DNA of 64,000 nucleotides, taken from the NCBI GenBank assembly GCA_946965045.2, contig OX337228.1:6572001-6636000 (forward strand). Direction: 5' to 3'. Source of the DNA: Epithemia pelagica (taxonomy: Eukaryota; Protista; Bacillariophyta). The notes beneath the pieces were generated by a model, which saw only the letters and a list, made by a program, of their open reading frames with translations, made no database searches and was not told where the DNA came from. The position numbers were made by a program, and so were the translations under genes. Shown here piece by piece: positions 45,755 through 58,600 of this stretch (the first letter of the stretch is position 1; the number at the start of each line of letters is the position of its first letter).

Positions 45755-47752
45755 TGCTGCTTGTGGGTACCGGTACAATCCCATCCGAGTCGGTTTCCTC
45801 GTCCGTCGCATCTTCCAGAATGACATGAGTACCACCACCCATGTCTTTTCCCTTAGTCTCGGGTAGTTTTGCCGCACAAAGAACGGTAAAGAGATGTACA
45901 AAGAACATGACAATGCCAATTTCAACGAGGGAAATGTTTCCCTCCACCAAGAAGGGGCAAAAAAAGGCGCCCAAACGCGCCATGGCGTTGGCACTACTGT
46001 GGCCTGTGGAACGAACCTGTTACATCAAGACATGTGCGTGAGATATGAACCATGTTTCTACGGCTCATTCATTCATTCATTCATTCATGTGACTTACTTC
46101 GGTAGTCAGGATTTCCGCCGTGCTGACCCAGGTAGTACAGGTTCCGCCCATTTCAAAGACTCGTGCAGCAAAGGCGAGATAGACGAGTATGAAACGAGGA
46201 AAGTTCCATGCGTGTAGAACACAAAGTAAGCAAACGGAAATACCAGCCAGTAGGTAACATCCAACCTGCGAAGAGATTCGACCGACTCGGTCCACCAACA
46301 GAATGACCAAGGTTGTTCCGACCAGTTCAGCGGAACTGCTAAGAAAAATCGCACCATAATCAAAGTCGTAGGACGACGAGGAAGCACTGCCTTCGACATG
46401 ACTTGAAGATTCCTCATCATCTTTTTCAAACACTCTGGTAATGGCAAGTAAGCAGCCATAATATCCAAAGGCAAAGCCTCCCCAGGTGCCCCATAGACGA
46501 AAGGTGATTTCACGCCACTCGGACGTAAACAGGTCCGAGATGGACGCATTTTGGTGGGAAAGATCCTTGTGTAAGCGAATCGTTTCGGGAAATAGGACAT
46601 AGGGGTCTTGATGACCATTGGCTCGCGCTCCCCGACGCAATACCTCCAGTGCTTCTTCCGATTTGCCTTCGGCAGCGAGCCACAAGGCCGATTCGGGGAC
46701 ACAAAAATATCCAATGAGGAGCGATAACACACATGGTACGGTGCACAGCTGGACAAAGAGACGCCAATTGTGACCTCCTCTCTCACCACCATCATCACTG
46801 TCCCTAGTGACGATAAAATCAGTCACTTCTGGCGACACGTCAATACTACTACTGCTGGATTTTCCATGAAGGGTGGCGTACGCTACGCCGACGACATAGA
46901 GACATCCAATCGTCCAGAAATACTGCCAAGAAAGATGCACTGTGAGAGAAAGAGCACTGGGGAAAAGGTGAAAGGGATGCATTGTGTGTGAGCACTTACT
47001 TCAATCGAGAGGAGAATTTTGCCTCGCCCCTTGGAGGGAAGAAACTCGGCCAATAGATCAAAGGGCACAACCAATCCACCCACGCCAAAGCCAACCCAAA
47101 ACAACAGGAAGACAAAGACTGTGTAATTGTGTGAAAATGAGGTGGCGAAGCCAAAGACACTTATGATAATGGCCGACATGAGAAATATAGGTCGCCGACC
47201 GTAGGCATCGGCAGCGGGGCCCAGCACCAAGGTCCCCAACATGGAGCCTGCAAAGAGGCAGGATGTTATGGATTCTGTCTTTGCATTCGACAGGGACCAC
47301 TCTTCTTTGAGCACCAACGTCAAGAACGAAAGGAGAATCACCTGCATTGCATCCGCTGCAAAACACAAGCCAGACGCAATCAGAATTTTAATCTGGAACG
47401 GTCCTGCCCCCAGTCGATCCATGGCTTGCTCTACTGTTATCCATTCTTCTCCTCCTTCCACCCCATCCTCACCACCTAACAGTTCGACGTCCACGTCGCT
47501 CTCTTCATTCTCCATGGACTTGATAAGCGAAACTTTTTCGGTATTGTCGTCCGTGTTGGTGGCAGTAGAAGGGGATGACAGCAACACATCTTCATTCTTC
47601 GCTCGGACGTCCACATCTTGGGTTTGCTCCATTTCATGAAGCCCTTTTGTTATTGCTGTTGTTGCTGGGGTATCGTGGGTGCTGTTGTTGCTTTCCTCCT
47701 CGTGATGGGAGGAGGCCATTGTGTCTAATCGTTGTTCTGCGTCCAGGGACAT
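45744..47752 (-). CDS. MFS transporter, SV2/SVOP-like; introns 46923-46999 and 46017-46097
   Basis: LGAGPFQ, ADAMQ, ADAYGRR, AEFLP, WR, PES, DRVGR, TTE|VRSTG, LPETKG; both splices keep the frame. Confidence 0.92.
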
Positions 47753-48034
47753 CTTGGGCCAAAACAAGGGAGAAAATGGGAACGAAATGACGGGGCACTG
47801 TTTACAGTGTGACTGCTGGTCGCGGAAACCAGTGCGCGCCGGCCTTTCACAACGGAAACCTTTGGTCGCACCGAGGTCAAGTCGCGGATAATACTCGTGA
47901 CGAATCGTCCGCATCCACAAATAATTGGCAGATGTTCCAGAGACAAGAAAAGATCCATCAACCAGACGACCAAGTTGTTGGGAGATTTCAACGACGACAT
48001 ACCAACATCCAACAATCGCCATTATTTAAGCATT

Positions 48035-49986
48035 ATGCAATCCCCATGGATACTCACTCGTACCTTCTTGAGCAACTCTTGTTGGTATGGCAAGCATGTT
48101 TCGCTGCGGCAGTCGGCATCCGCATCGTTCCATTTCGTGGAACGGATCCAGTCACCACCATTATGTAGTATCCATGCCCACCACTTGTCTACCAAGGCCA
48201 AACACCGTCCTGACAAGAAACAGCGTCCAAACAGAAGCAATGACAACAACAACAACATGTCTATGACCGGAATATCCAGCATGACTCAACAGGAAACCAA
48301 CAGTTCCATTCAAGAGGCTGCCAAAGCCAAACAGGTCCATCTCAAAGCTCGAAACAGAAACAACAAGAAGAAGAACAAAGAGAATTGGCAGTATCGAATG
48401 CGCTTTATCGACCAAACTCGAATACGAGTTGCTGGAGGGACTGGGGGGAGAGGATGTTTGTCCCATCAAGTGGCTCGAAAGAGACGAATGCATCCCGATG
48501 GTGGACATGGTGGTGCCGGTGGCTCGGTGATATTGGTAGCCGACAGTAAATTGTCATCCTTGCGCATGAGAATCAAACACTATACCGCACCCACTGGAAA
48601 CGCTGGCACATCCAAAAAGCAAAGAGGAAGATGTGGTCGGAATCTCATTGTCCGAGTTCCCTGTGGTGTGATGGTGAAACGAGTGCTTAAAATGGATGAG
48701 GAATGGGACGAGACAACCAAGCAAGTGGCGGGTTACACACCCGAGATTGATATGGGATATCTTACCAAGGGTGGATCCACCTTTATGTCGGATGATGAAG
48801 AAGCAGCAGCAGCGGCGGCCGTACGAGTGGAACAACAACAAGAGGATGATGCAGAATTTGACGAGGATCTCAATGTGTATTCTGAAAATGATCTCGAGGC
48901 CATGGGTGACGTTGAGTACTTTGAAGGAGAGGAAGGTATTCCCGATGACATTCTTGCCATGTTGAACAGCGACCATGGTTACTTTGAAGATGAGATAGAC
49001 GCAGAGCAGGAGGTCTCCACTCAAGAGACTATTGGGGAAGAGGAACAGGATAATTCTCAAGAAGATAACGGTCTTGAAGTGGATCAAATGCCAACTAAAC
49101 TCGTGCCAGTGGCGGATCTGGATACACATGGATCCTTTTGTGTGGTGGCCAAAGGTGGAAGAGGTGGCATAGGAACCGTGGCCTATGCTCGTCTGCAACT
49201 GCAGGACAGGCCTAGTGCAGTTCAAATGATGAAAGATTCATCTCCCGAGTATGGTGAAGGTAACGTCCAAAAACAACCGCGTCTGGAGAAATGGAACATG
49301 GGACCTTTGGCTCACACCTCACACTTTGTACTGTTTCATCTTGTGCTGATACACCAGTGGCTCATCTTGAATTGGAACTAAAACTGATTGCAGACATTGG
49401 TCTTGTTGGGTTCCCCAACGCTGGCAAATCTAGTCTTCTTCGCGCCATGTCCAACGCAACACCAAAAGTTGCACCCTATCCGTTCACAACACTTCATCCT
49501 TTGATGGGTGTTATTCAATATCGTGATGGACATAGTATCCGAGCCGCTGACATTCCTGGTCTCATTGACGGGGCAGCGGAGGGACGAGGTTGTGGTCATG
49601 ACTTTTTGCGGCACATTGAAAGAACCAAAGCTCTCCTCTATATTGTGGACGTGGCCGGAACCGATGGGAGAGATCCATGCGAGGACTTGAGAATTCTAGT
49701 AAATGAACTTTCGGCGTATGGGCATGAGTTGCGTGACCGTCGAGCCCTTGTTTTGGCCAACAAGACAGATCTTGTGGACCCGGAACGCGTGCCAGAATTG
49801 TTGTTTTCGCTGTCCGAAGTGGTCCAAGATATGGAAATTCATACCGATCACGATGTTCACGCCGCCAGTGTGGGCGTTACGGGAGACGGGCTGCCCCTCC
49901 TTTCTCGTTCCATGCGCGAACTCTGTGCCAAGGCTGACGAGGACCGTCAGCAGCAACTGGAGCTTGAAGCACAACTGCTTGGATGA
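48035..49986 (+). CDS. Obg-family GTPase (organellar ObgE/MTG2-like); intron 49260-49357
   Basis: FIDQTRIRVAGGTGG, PDGGHGGAGG, LELKLIADIGLVGFPNAGKS, YPFTTL, DIPGLI, NKTD. Confidence 0.93.
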
Positions 49987-50136
49987 GAATCAACCTTAGG
50001 CCGTTTTGAATGAATACCCTCCAACCCTCTCTGCTTCTAGCATGTAGACTCATACTGATAGGTACATGACCTTCAGGTGAAAGGTTGGAATACATTCATA
50101 TGGTACTTTTTTTGTCGTTAGCTTCTATTTTACATT

Positions 50137-50937
50137 CTATCGAAACCAGTTACCAAAGGGGTTCATCCTTTGGCGCTTGATATTCTTTTTCATACACAGC
50201 ATTACTGTAGGCACCATATTCATTTTTCCGCTTTTTTGTGGTAACAGTGTTTGAGCATCATTGTCCGACCATATCGTCTTGTACCCCAGTTTTTGGTACA
50301 ACTTGACAGCGCCTCGATTTCGTTGTTCCACCAAAAGATAGCAGGCCTCTTGGTCCGTCCAAGTTTGCCGAACATATTCTTCCACTGCATCAACCATGAG
50401 TTCTGCCAGACCACGACGTCGATATTCCCGTGAGACGGCCAAATTACTCATGAGCGGTGCCTGTTTCTCTAATATTTGAGGCGAGGAGACGCCACCATCC
50501 CTTATCACATCAAGCTCAATGCCGGCACAGGCCAATATCTCTTGGTTGTTGCCACTGCGAACGACAAAGAACTGTGACTTGTTGACGAGTCTTCCCTTGC
50601 CGTATCGCTTTTGAAATTCAGCGAGTTGTGAAGAACGCAATTCTTGTTGTTGGCTGGAGGACAACTGGTTGGTGCCACCTCCCACTTTGGCCGTCCAAAA
50701 GGCATCCACGAAGAAATCTGAAGCTCGAACTAGCTCCGATTTGTAAGAGAATAGATCAGGCGCTTCCAACAGTTCCGAGTAGGTGATCACGTTGGCCTTT
50801 CGAACTGGGAACAAAAGGGAGGCTAACCCAAAGGTCGGAGGAGGTGCAAGAGGCGTCAGTGCATTGGCTGCAGGCAACCAGTTCAACGACGAAAGACTGA
50901 TTGCAACAATCACTAGCCACATCATACAGCTCTCCAT
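50137..50937 (-). CDS. GNAT-family acetyltransferase, signal peptide / likely plastid
   Basis: MSNLAVSREYRRRGLA (motif A), LLVEQRNRGAVKLYQKLGY (motif B); hydrophobic N-terminus from ATG 50937. Confidence 0.88.
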   Translation of the reverse strand: MESCMMWLVIVAISLSSLNWLPAANALTPLAPPPTFGLASLLFPVRKANVITYSELLEAPDLFSYKSELVRASDFFVDAFWTAKVGGGTNQLSSSQQQELRSSQLAEFQKRYGKGRLVNKSQFFVVRSGNNQEILACAGIELDVIRDGGVSSPQILEKQAPLMSNLAVSREYRRRGLAELMVDAVEEYVRQTWTDQEACYLLVEQRNRGAVKLYQKLGYKTIWSDNDAQTLLPQKSGKMNMVPTVMLCMKKNIKRQRMNPFGNWFR

Positions 50938-51693
50938 AATCGCCGACAACGCAAAGACAGAGGGGACTATCACCACCTCTTGCTCTAAAGTTCCTTGGTC
51001 TGAGATTTCGGATGATGTGTTGAACAACGTACTTCGAGAACAGAATAGATCTGGGTGGCATGAAAGTTTTTCGCGACAGGCATGACGTGGATCAAAGGAG
51101 CGACCGAAAAAGATTTCAGTGATTCTAGTCGCACAAACCATTTTTCGCTAGCCTCATAGCCCCAAACATAAATACTAATGATGATAGCTAGGAGTTGGAG
51201 TGCTCGAGAATCGAGACTTGAGCATTCTATCAACAGAGATGATTAGATGCTTGGAAAGTGAACGGAAGAAAGAACTAATACAGCATAACAAAGGGAAAGC
51301 GAATTGCTTGCTAGTTTCGGTCGAACGACACCGATCAGACCCGTTAGTCGTTGGCACAGACGTTGCGAGTTTGAAGCATGATACATACGAGTGTTCACTC
51401 TGCTGATCTTGCCAGCCTGCATTGCTCCATTAAAAGCATTGGCTAAGGATCCAAAACGGCTGCAAGTATGTGAATGATCTATATTCTAGAGAGGAAACTT
51501 GAGTCGTTGGGCCCATATTGGCCGCTCGTCAGAAAGTTGTCAATCGCCTCGGTGTACAAGGACATGGAAGCGACAACTGAGGACCTAACGATATGTTTCA
51601 GAAGCTCTTCCGAAGCCGCCATCCGACAAATTCAAGAATCACAAGATGAAGAAACAATGTTGACCCGACTCCGGAAGCTACCATTACCAGAAT

Positions 51694-52157
51694 CTAATCA
51701 ATGGCAGGGTTGGCCGAAAAGTTCTTGACGGCAAAACTGGATCCACATCCACAGGCTGATTCGGACTGAGGGTTGTCACGAATTTCAAACGAACTTTTAA
51801 TCATTTCGACCACATAATCCAAGGTTGCACCTCGCAGCAAGTTCATGGACGAAGAGTCAATAACAACACGGGATCCCTGCGGATTGATCCAAACCATATC
51901 TTCATTTTCTTCATCGATGATATCTTCAGTATTGTCCAAGCAATGAAATTCAAATTGATAGGTAAATCCAGAACATCCACCGGCGTCGACAAAGACTCGA
52001 AGGTAAACCTTATCAAGATCATGGCCCTTCTTGGACGCGAGTCGCTCCATTTGCTTCCAGCAGGAATCCGTGATTATAAGAAAATTGTCAGTTAGCAAGA
52101 AGGTATCGTGATTGCCTTCTTTGACGGGGAAGTTGGCGTTGTTCACTGGAAGGGATG
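51694..52157 (-). pseudogene. ISCA2: ISCA2 (HesB/IscA) 3' part, separated from its 5' part by the Copia insertion
   Basis: LRVFVDAGGCSGFTY, IDSSSMNLLRGATLDY, CGCGSSF; the frame continues into 61310-61669 across the TSD. Confidence 0.9.
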
Positions 52158-52659
52158 TGTCAGAGTCACTAGCATACACTGGGTATACTAATAGCTAGGG
52201 GAATACCGCGTAGTCGGGGTGGAGATTGATCAAGTCTCCACACCAACCTAGAAGTCTTTTGCGTTGCAAAAACTCCTGTATCGATATTATGATTAAAGCT
52301 ATAGAGTAAACAAAGTGATCTTGAGTTCCTCATTTTGATTCCTCGCTTTGGTTTCCAGGAATTGATTTGCTATCTTGCAACGCACAGCTTGATTCAAATG
52401 GACGATAGTTATCTCATTTGTTGTTTGTTGTGTCATAGGTTAGTTAGCAAAACATGAGTGTCGTAGACACAAACGGCGAGTGGCCCGGCGTTCTGTGGCG
52501 CCAAAGCCCATCCTGCGCGTTATGCATGCGCGGATTCCGACATGTAGGCTTATATCATTGGGTCATGCAACACAAACTGCCAGTCGTGCAAATTCAATAT
52601 TTCAAAACACAAATACAAATTTGGAAACGCGACTGGTGCTAAAAACATAAACTGCGACT
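52158..52659 (-). repeat. 3' LTR (502 bp)
   Basis: No differences seen versus 60808-61309 on visual comparison. Confidence 0.97.
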
Positions 52660-52685
52660 CTCCCTCTTGGGCTTGGTGTCACAGT

Positions 52686-55600
52686 TCACCATCCTTGATT
52701 AAGTTTTCGGATGGTCTCAAAGGTTTCTCGAGCCAGACCTTTCGTGAGGATGTCGGCCCGTTGCAACTTGGTGTCGATTTTGGAAATCGTAACTGTGCGA
52801 TCTTCCATATTGGATTTCGAGGACACAATGGTTGCGTTTGTGGCTTTCACCTGGGACCAAAACCAGTGCCACTTGTTGTTTAGCGAGCGAGATCGAGAGG
52901 TGAGACGTTGGTTGGTGGCCACAAGGTAAGCACTATTGTTGTCCTCATGGACTTCTGCAGTAATCCGTGGCACACTTGGATTGATTCTCACACACGAGTT
53001 TAATTCGTTCAAGACTTCTTGCAACCAGACTACAACTCGCATGGCTTGAGACAGAGCCACGTATTCGGAGTGAAAGGTGCTTGTTGCAATTTCGCTTTGC
53101 AATTGAGATTTCCAAACCAGAGGACTTCCCCCGAAGAAAATGATATACCCAGTTCGGGACTTCGCGCTTGTTGGATCATCTTCTGGTTCTCGGCCGTGCA
53201 GACCCATGAAGTCTGCATCGACATAACAATCAAGCCGATAATCTTTGCTTGGGCGAAAGATGGTGCCGTTGTTGATGGTCCGTGAGAGATATCGGATGAT
53301 GGCTTTGACGGCTTGAGCGTGTGATTGTTTTGGATCATTGGAGAAACGAGCCACTTGGCTCACGGCAAACGTTATATCTGGCCGTGTGTTGGTGGAGAGA
53401 TACAACAACATACCAACCACTGACCGATAGTTCCAATTGTCTTTCATGGGAGGGCCGTTGGGATCACTTCCCAATCCAATCTGCGCTGCAGGGGTCCAGT
53501 TTCCGTTGCAGTCTTCCATCTTTGTGGTTTGGAGGATGCGCTTGATTAAACCGGGTTGAGTCATTACAATCTCGTCCTTGTTCCGCTTGAAATCGATTCC
53601 CAGGTATTCTGCGAAATCGGAGTCTTTTGACAATTCGAAACCTTTTGTTTTCAGTCGTTCAATGAATGCATCCACAAGAGTCATGGTGGGTGCAACGATG
53701 CCACAATCATCCACCCAAATAAAGAGAAGCATGTCTGGTTTCATGAAGAAACATTCGTCATGGTCGCTTTTCTTGAAACCATCTTCCAAAAGAGCTTCAA
53801 TGAGTTTTTCATACCATAATCTAGGGGCAATGGTCAAACCGTAGAGACTCTTCAGCAGACGTAGGCAGGTGGGTTCTGAGCGGGTTGACTTGAAACCAGG
53901 TGGTATGTGGATCCAGATGGGTTCCTTGAGTTTTGCCTGGACGAAGGCATTGCTGAAGTCTATGCATACCATTACCCATTGTTGACTTAGGGCGTAGATC
54001 ATACAAATTCGGATGATTGCCCAATTTACAACTGGTGAATAGGCGTCTGGTGCTTGTTCTTGAAGGTCGCCTCTCACGCAGTAGCGTCCTTTGTGCTTCT
54101 TGATTGTTCCATCGGCGTGGCGTTTTCGTTTGAAAACCCATGTGCCTGGTAGAATCTTGGTTTTGGCAGCCGACTGTGGCTCTTCAATCCATGTCTCTTT
54201 TTCTGTTAGCTCATCAATTTCTTGTTTTGCTGCCTTGCGCCAGTGAAGAAGGTCTGGATCTTTCAACGCTTGATCGTAGCTCAGAGTGTCGGGGTCTACG
54301 ATGGTTGCCTTGAAGAGTCCAATTGTGGCTTGAAAGGGTAGGTTGTCAAGAGTATCGACGTGGGCAAGGTAGGACTTGTGTGTGGGGTCCATGGATTCGA
54401 CGAGACGATTGGGTGAACGTCGGTTTCGGCCGGATCGACGAGGGGCTGGAGAGGCATGCTCCCTCTGGTTGGATGGCTCCCTCTGTTTGGTTGGCTCCCT
54501 CTGTGGCTTGTGTTCAGGTGGTTGTGATTTGGGGGCAGGAGGAGCCTGTGTTGGTGTATTCTCCCTCTGCGCCGTGGGCATGGTCCAATCATCTTCAAGG
54601 GAAAGGGAAGGGAGATTGTGCGGTGCAGCCAAAGTGGTGGGAGGAGGATTGGTCGACATGCGCGACGGAGCATCGGCAGGCGACGACAGAACACTGGGTG
54701 GGGCAGACACTGGACGTGGAGTACTGACTGGGTGGGGCAAGGGAGGGGCAGCCGTGGTTGAAGTTGGTGGGACGGCAGGGGTGTCGTATTCCAGTGGAAC
54801 AGGGGGGGTCGCGTTTTCCATGGCCTCAAAGATCTTGTTTTTGGTGAGTTCGGAGGCAGTGGCTTCGGGCGCGTCATTCGGAGAATCGTCGTCTGCTGAT
54901 GGATCGTCGTATCCTGGTGAGTGCAGAATGTTGTCCATGTTTGCGAAGATTTGGTCAACTGTTGTATGTGGTGAGTGGGAGTTTTCGTTGGTTGCGGCCA
55001 CTGTTGCAAACCAGTCGTCGAAGACAACGTGGTATTGCGGTGAGATTGTGCCCGTGTCGAGGTTGAGTACGAGTGGAGCGGTGAGTGCATGTTGTTGGGA
55101 GAATCCAACAAACATGCAGCGTTGACTTCTTGGCTTCCATCGTGGTAATTTCTTACCGTCTTGTATTGTTTTGTTCAGAACATATGCCGGTGCACCCCAG
55201 ACATGAAGATCGTGGAAGCGGCGTTGCTCCCAGCGTGTCTTGGTGAAGAGGTCGATGGGGGAAATTCCTGTTTCAATCTTGGGGAGTCGGTTGTAGATGA
55301 AAACAGCATGGTCGACGGCCATGGGCCAAAGAGTTGGGTCTGCAACTTCGGGCCAGTGGGTGGCGGCGTGTAACATCATGGTCCTTGCCATGGACATGAT
55401 GGTTTGGATGCTGCGCTCTGCCACGCCATTGTGGTGGTGGGCGCCTACACCGGCAAAGCTTGTTACTTGCTGAAAGGCTTGCAGGTGCTCGGTGTATTTC
55501 TTCGAGGTGAAGGCGGTGCCATTGTCTGTGTGATATTGTTGAATGATCACTCCTTGGTTCTGACATCGTTGTTCGTATTCTATTTTTGCTTTTAGTGTTT

Positions 55601-58600
55601 GGTGGGTGTTAAGGTGAGTTTGCATGGATACGTCGATGTATCCACTTGCGTGGTCTACGAAAATGCATCCACCGCTAAGCATTGCTTCTTCTTTGGTTTT
55701 GCCTTTTGATGTGTAGAGGCGTCCTTTTGTCGAGCAGATGAAGTGGTCTGCTGAAACTTGTTGACCGGGAAAAAGGTGGTTCTTTTTCAGGGCTCCTTCT
55801 TTGTCTTGTATTTTGACGGTTTTCTGTCCTGGGGAGTGCCTGGTCTTTTGTTTTCCATAAAGACAAGCGGCACACAACGGAGGAGTTGTCAGTTTGCAGA
55901 CGGCAGTGTGGAGTCGTCGCGACGACTCATCATTTGACAATACACCAGAGCGGAGAACAAACTGGACGACGCGGAAGGGTGCATGTCCAAACCGGATGTG
56001 CCATTGGCTCCAGACCTTTTGTGGCGCTGAAAGGTTTATGTTTCGTTCGTCGACTGTGGTGACAGTGGCAACGAATGCAGAGACTGAACGGTGCACTCCT
56101 AGTCGGTGGTAGCAGATGCTTTTCGGTAAGTTGCTTTCGGCTTCGATTTCGACTTTTATTGGTCCTCGAGCAGGGTCGTTTCTCACACCGCTGAGTTTGA
56201 GTCCTTGTGGTTCGATTTTTATGGTTTCCCCTTGGTATCGTTGTAAGAGGCTGCTTGTACTGAGAAGCCGACAGCCAGCTGCGGGTATGTACAGAGCAAG
56301 GAGTTCGATGCATCGTAGCCGTCCATGGACGTCTTTGATGTACCATTCTACGACTCCTTGGCTTTCGACTTGCGCTCCTTCGGCCAAACCTTGGACCTGA
56401 TAGTCAGGAGGTACGTCTCTCACTTTGTTTGGAATGAAATCGCTCTTGTCGTTCGTGATGGAGACACTTGCGCCTGAATCCCAAATGAGGAGAAAAGCTT
56501 GTTTGTCTTTCATTTCTGACTGAAATTTTCGTGGGTGATTGATTGCAGCTTGGAGCGCCAGATTTTGGCTCATGGTGTAAGCATGTGCCTGAATGGTGGT
56601 GGTGCTCATGAGTGATGGAAGTGGCTGTGGTCCTTGCAGTGGTCTAATCGTTGTCTTGTTTGTCCTGTCTCGTTTGTGTTTCTTACGGTTTCGTCGATGT
56701 TTTGGTTTCCGTGGTTTGGACTTTGGGTGAGATCGGTGTCGGTCGTGGTGGGAGCGAGGTTTCGGTGCCACAGCAATGGCATGGGTTGGTTGGTATTCTC
56801 CCTCTGATGTGGTACAGAGACCGAGTGCTGATCGCAGCCAGCGTCCAACAGAGCGGACCAAGGACATGCCAGAGTTTGGTAGAAGACATGTAACAATCAA
56901 CCGGTGGGTGAGACAATCCACGGGGGAGTGGAAGGGACGCGACAAAGAGTGTACAATCTGCAAAGCAGCTGTGGCGCCTCCAAAACAGGAAAGGAGGTAT
57001 GGGAGTGCCTTTCGCGAAGCCAGATGTGGACCAATATACAACAAACCAGTGCCGAGCAAACCGGTGAGAGCGCCTTGCTTCATGGTTATCATCAGTGTTC
57101 TTGTAGAAGTCAGTGGTGGGAAGAATTGATGACGATTGGGATTAGAAGGGAGGTTCAGACGGAGTGGTTTCTTTTTCTTTCGTTTCGGTGTTGTCGTAAA
57201 CTTGGTGGTCGCGACATGGGCGGCTGGTTTGCTGGGCAGGTTGATCAGATGTTCGTCGTGGGAGTCCGGGGTGATGTCATTTGGATTGATGGTGATATCC
57301 ATGGCATGACCAGGGAGTCCTTGTTTGTTCTGCTTGATGATGATGGCACCATAGTCGGAGATGGTGGCCAACTCCCATGCTGTGTGCAGGGTACTGCTCA
57401 GACTTGGTGTTTCCATGCTGAGACGGCTGTGATGTACTTGCTCGTCTAGTTGGAGAGCGGTTAGTGCTTCCTTCAGTTTCTGTTGGAGAGAAGGTAGTTG
57501 TTGTTCTAAAATCTTCTTCAAACGTGGATTTTCTTCTTTGTGATAGGCCGTGTGTGTGTGGATAAAGTGCTCCACTAGGCTCTCAATGTGGTCTTGACGG
57601 ATGGCTGGGTCGTCGTCTCCCATCATTTGCCTTTGACGAGTTGCGAAGGGAATAATGGGAGAGGAGGGACGTTTCTTGGGGGCTGAGGGCTCGCCCGGCG
57701 CGTGGAAGAGTCGTGTTGGGGTGATGAACGACAGATCTAGGCTGTTGAGCGAGAGTGCACTGTTAGTACTGGGAGGCGTTTCCCACTCAATGGGGGATAT
57801 TTCATCGTCTTGAATCGCCGGCATCTTCCTATCAGGTGTTGCTTGGTCTTGTTCATGGAAGTTGGGCGGTTCTTTTTGGTCTTGTTCTTGATTCACTGGA
57901 CAGTCTGACGGAATTTTCGTGTGGATGTCAGTGTTCGGTGGATCTGCATTCTTGTCGAATGTGAATGTTGCTTCATAGAAGTCATACCAGGTGTCGTCGG
58001 TTCGTTCAGTTTCGCCGACATTTGAGTTGTTGTACTCTTTCCAAGGTGAGTTGATGGTTGCCACTTTGGCATTGAGATTCAGTTTATTTAGATCTACGGT
58101 AAAGTCGATGTCCGGTGGTTCGGGTGCTGGATCTTGTTCTTCATCTGTCTCACTCTCGTTGTTTGTTTCGTTTGCCATCGTAGGTGGGCAGGCTCCGTCG
58201 TTGTTGTCATCATCGTGATCGTTGTCATCTGCTTCGTCGTCGGCGTCTCCATTTGGGTCGTCGTCGTCGGTGTCTTCATCTTCTTCCTCTTCGTCATCGT
58301 CTTCATCGTCTTGGTCATTTTCTCCGTCGGCTGCATCGTTGTCGGTGGTGCTTGCGGTGTCACCTGTCTCGGTAGCTTCGTCGTCGGAGTCTTCTGGTGG
58401 ATGAACAATGCGGTGCAGGTTCATGACGCGGCGTAGTTCATCCGTTGCAGCTTGGATGAAGGCTTGTCGGATGTTGGGTGGAAGAGCCATCAAATCTCTG
58501 TTTGGGGCGTTTGGATCGTTGTCTTCTTCTTCGTCCGATGATTCTGCGATTGAGAGGTCGTCGGGGTCAATGAAGGTGAGGGGACGAAATGTTGCCGGAG

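Noticed and set aside
51200-51728. Possible small spliced gene between the GNAT and ISCA2 genes
   Set aside because: Short ORFs with no recognisable motif, and no convincing splice model could be built
52158-52179. LTR supplying a new start codon for ISCA2 (ORF track MYASDSDT)
   Set aside because: The codon at 52179 is GTG, not ATG, and an in-frame stop lies just upstream; unlikely to be a eukaryotic start
52454-52642. 62-aa ORF present twice (also 61104-61292)
   Set aside because: It lies inside the identical LTRs, so the duplication is explained; no coding signature
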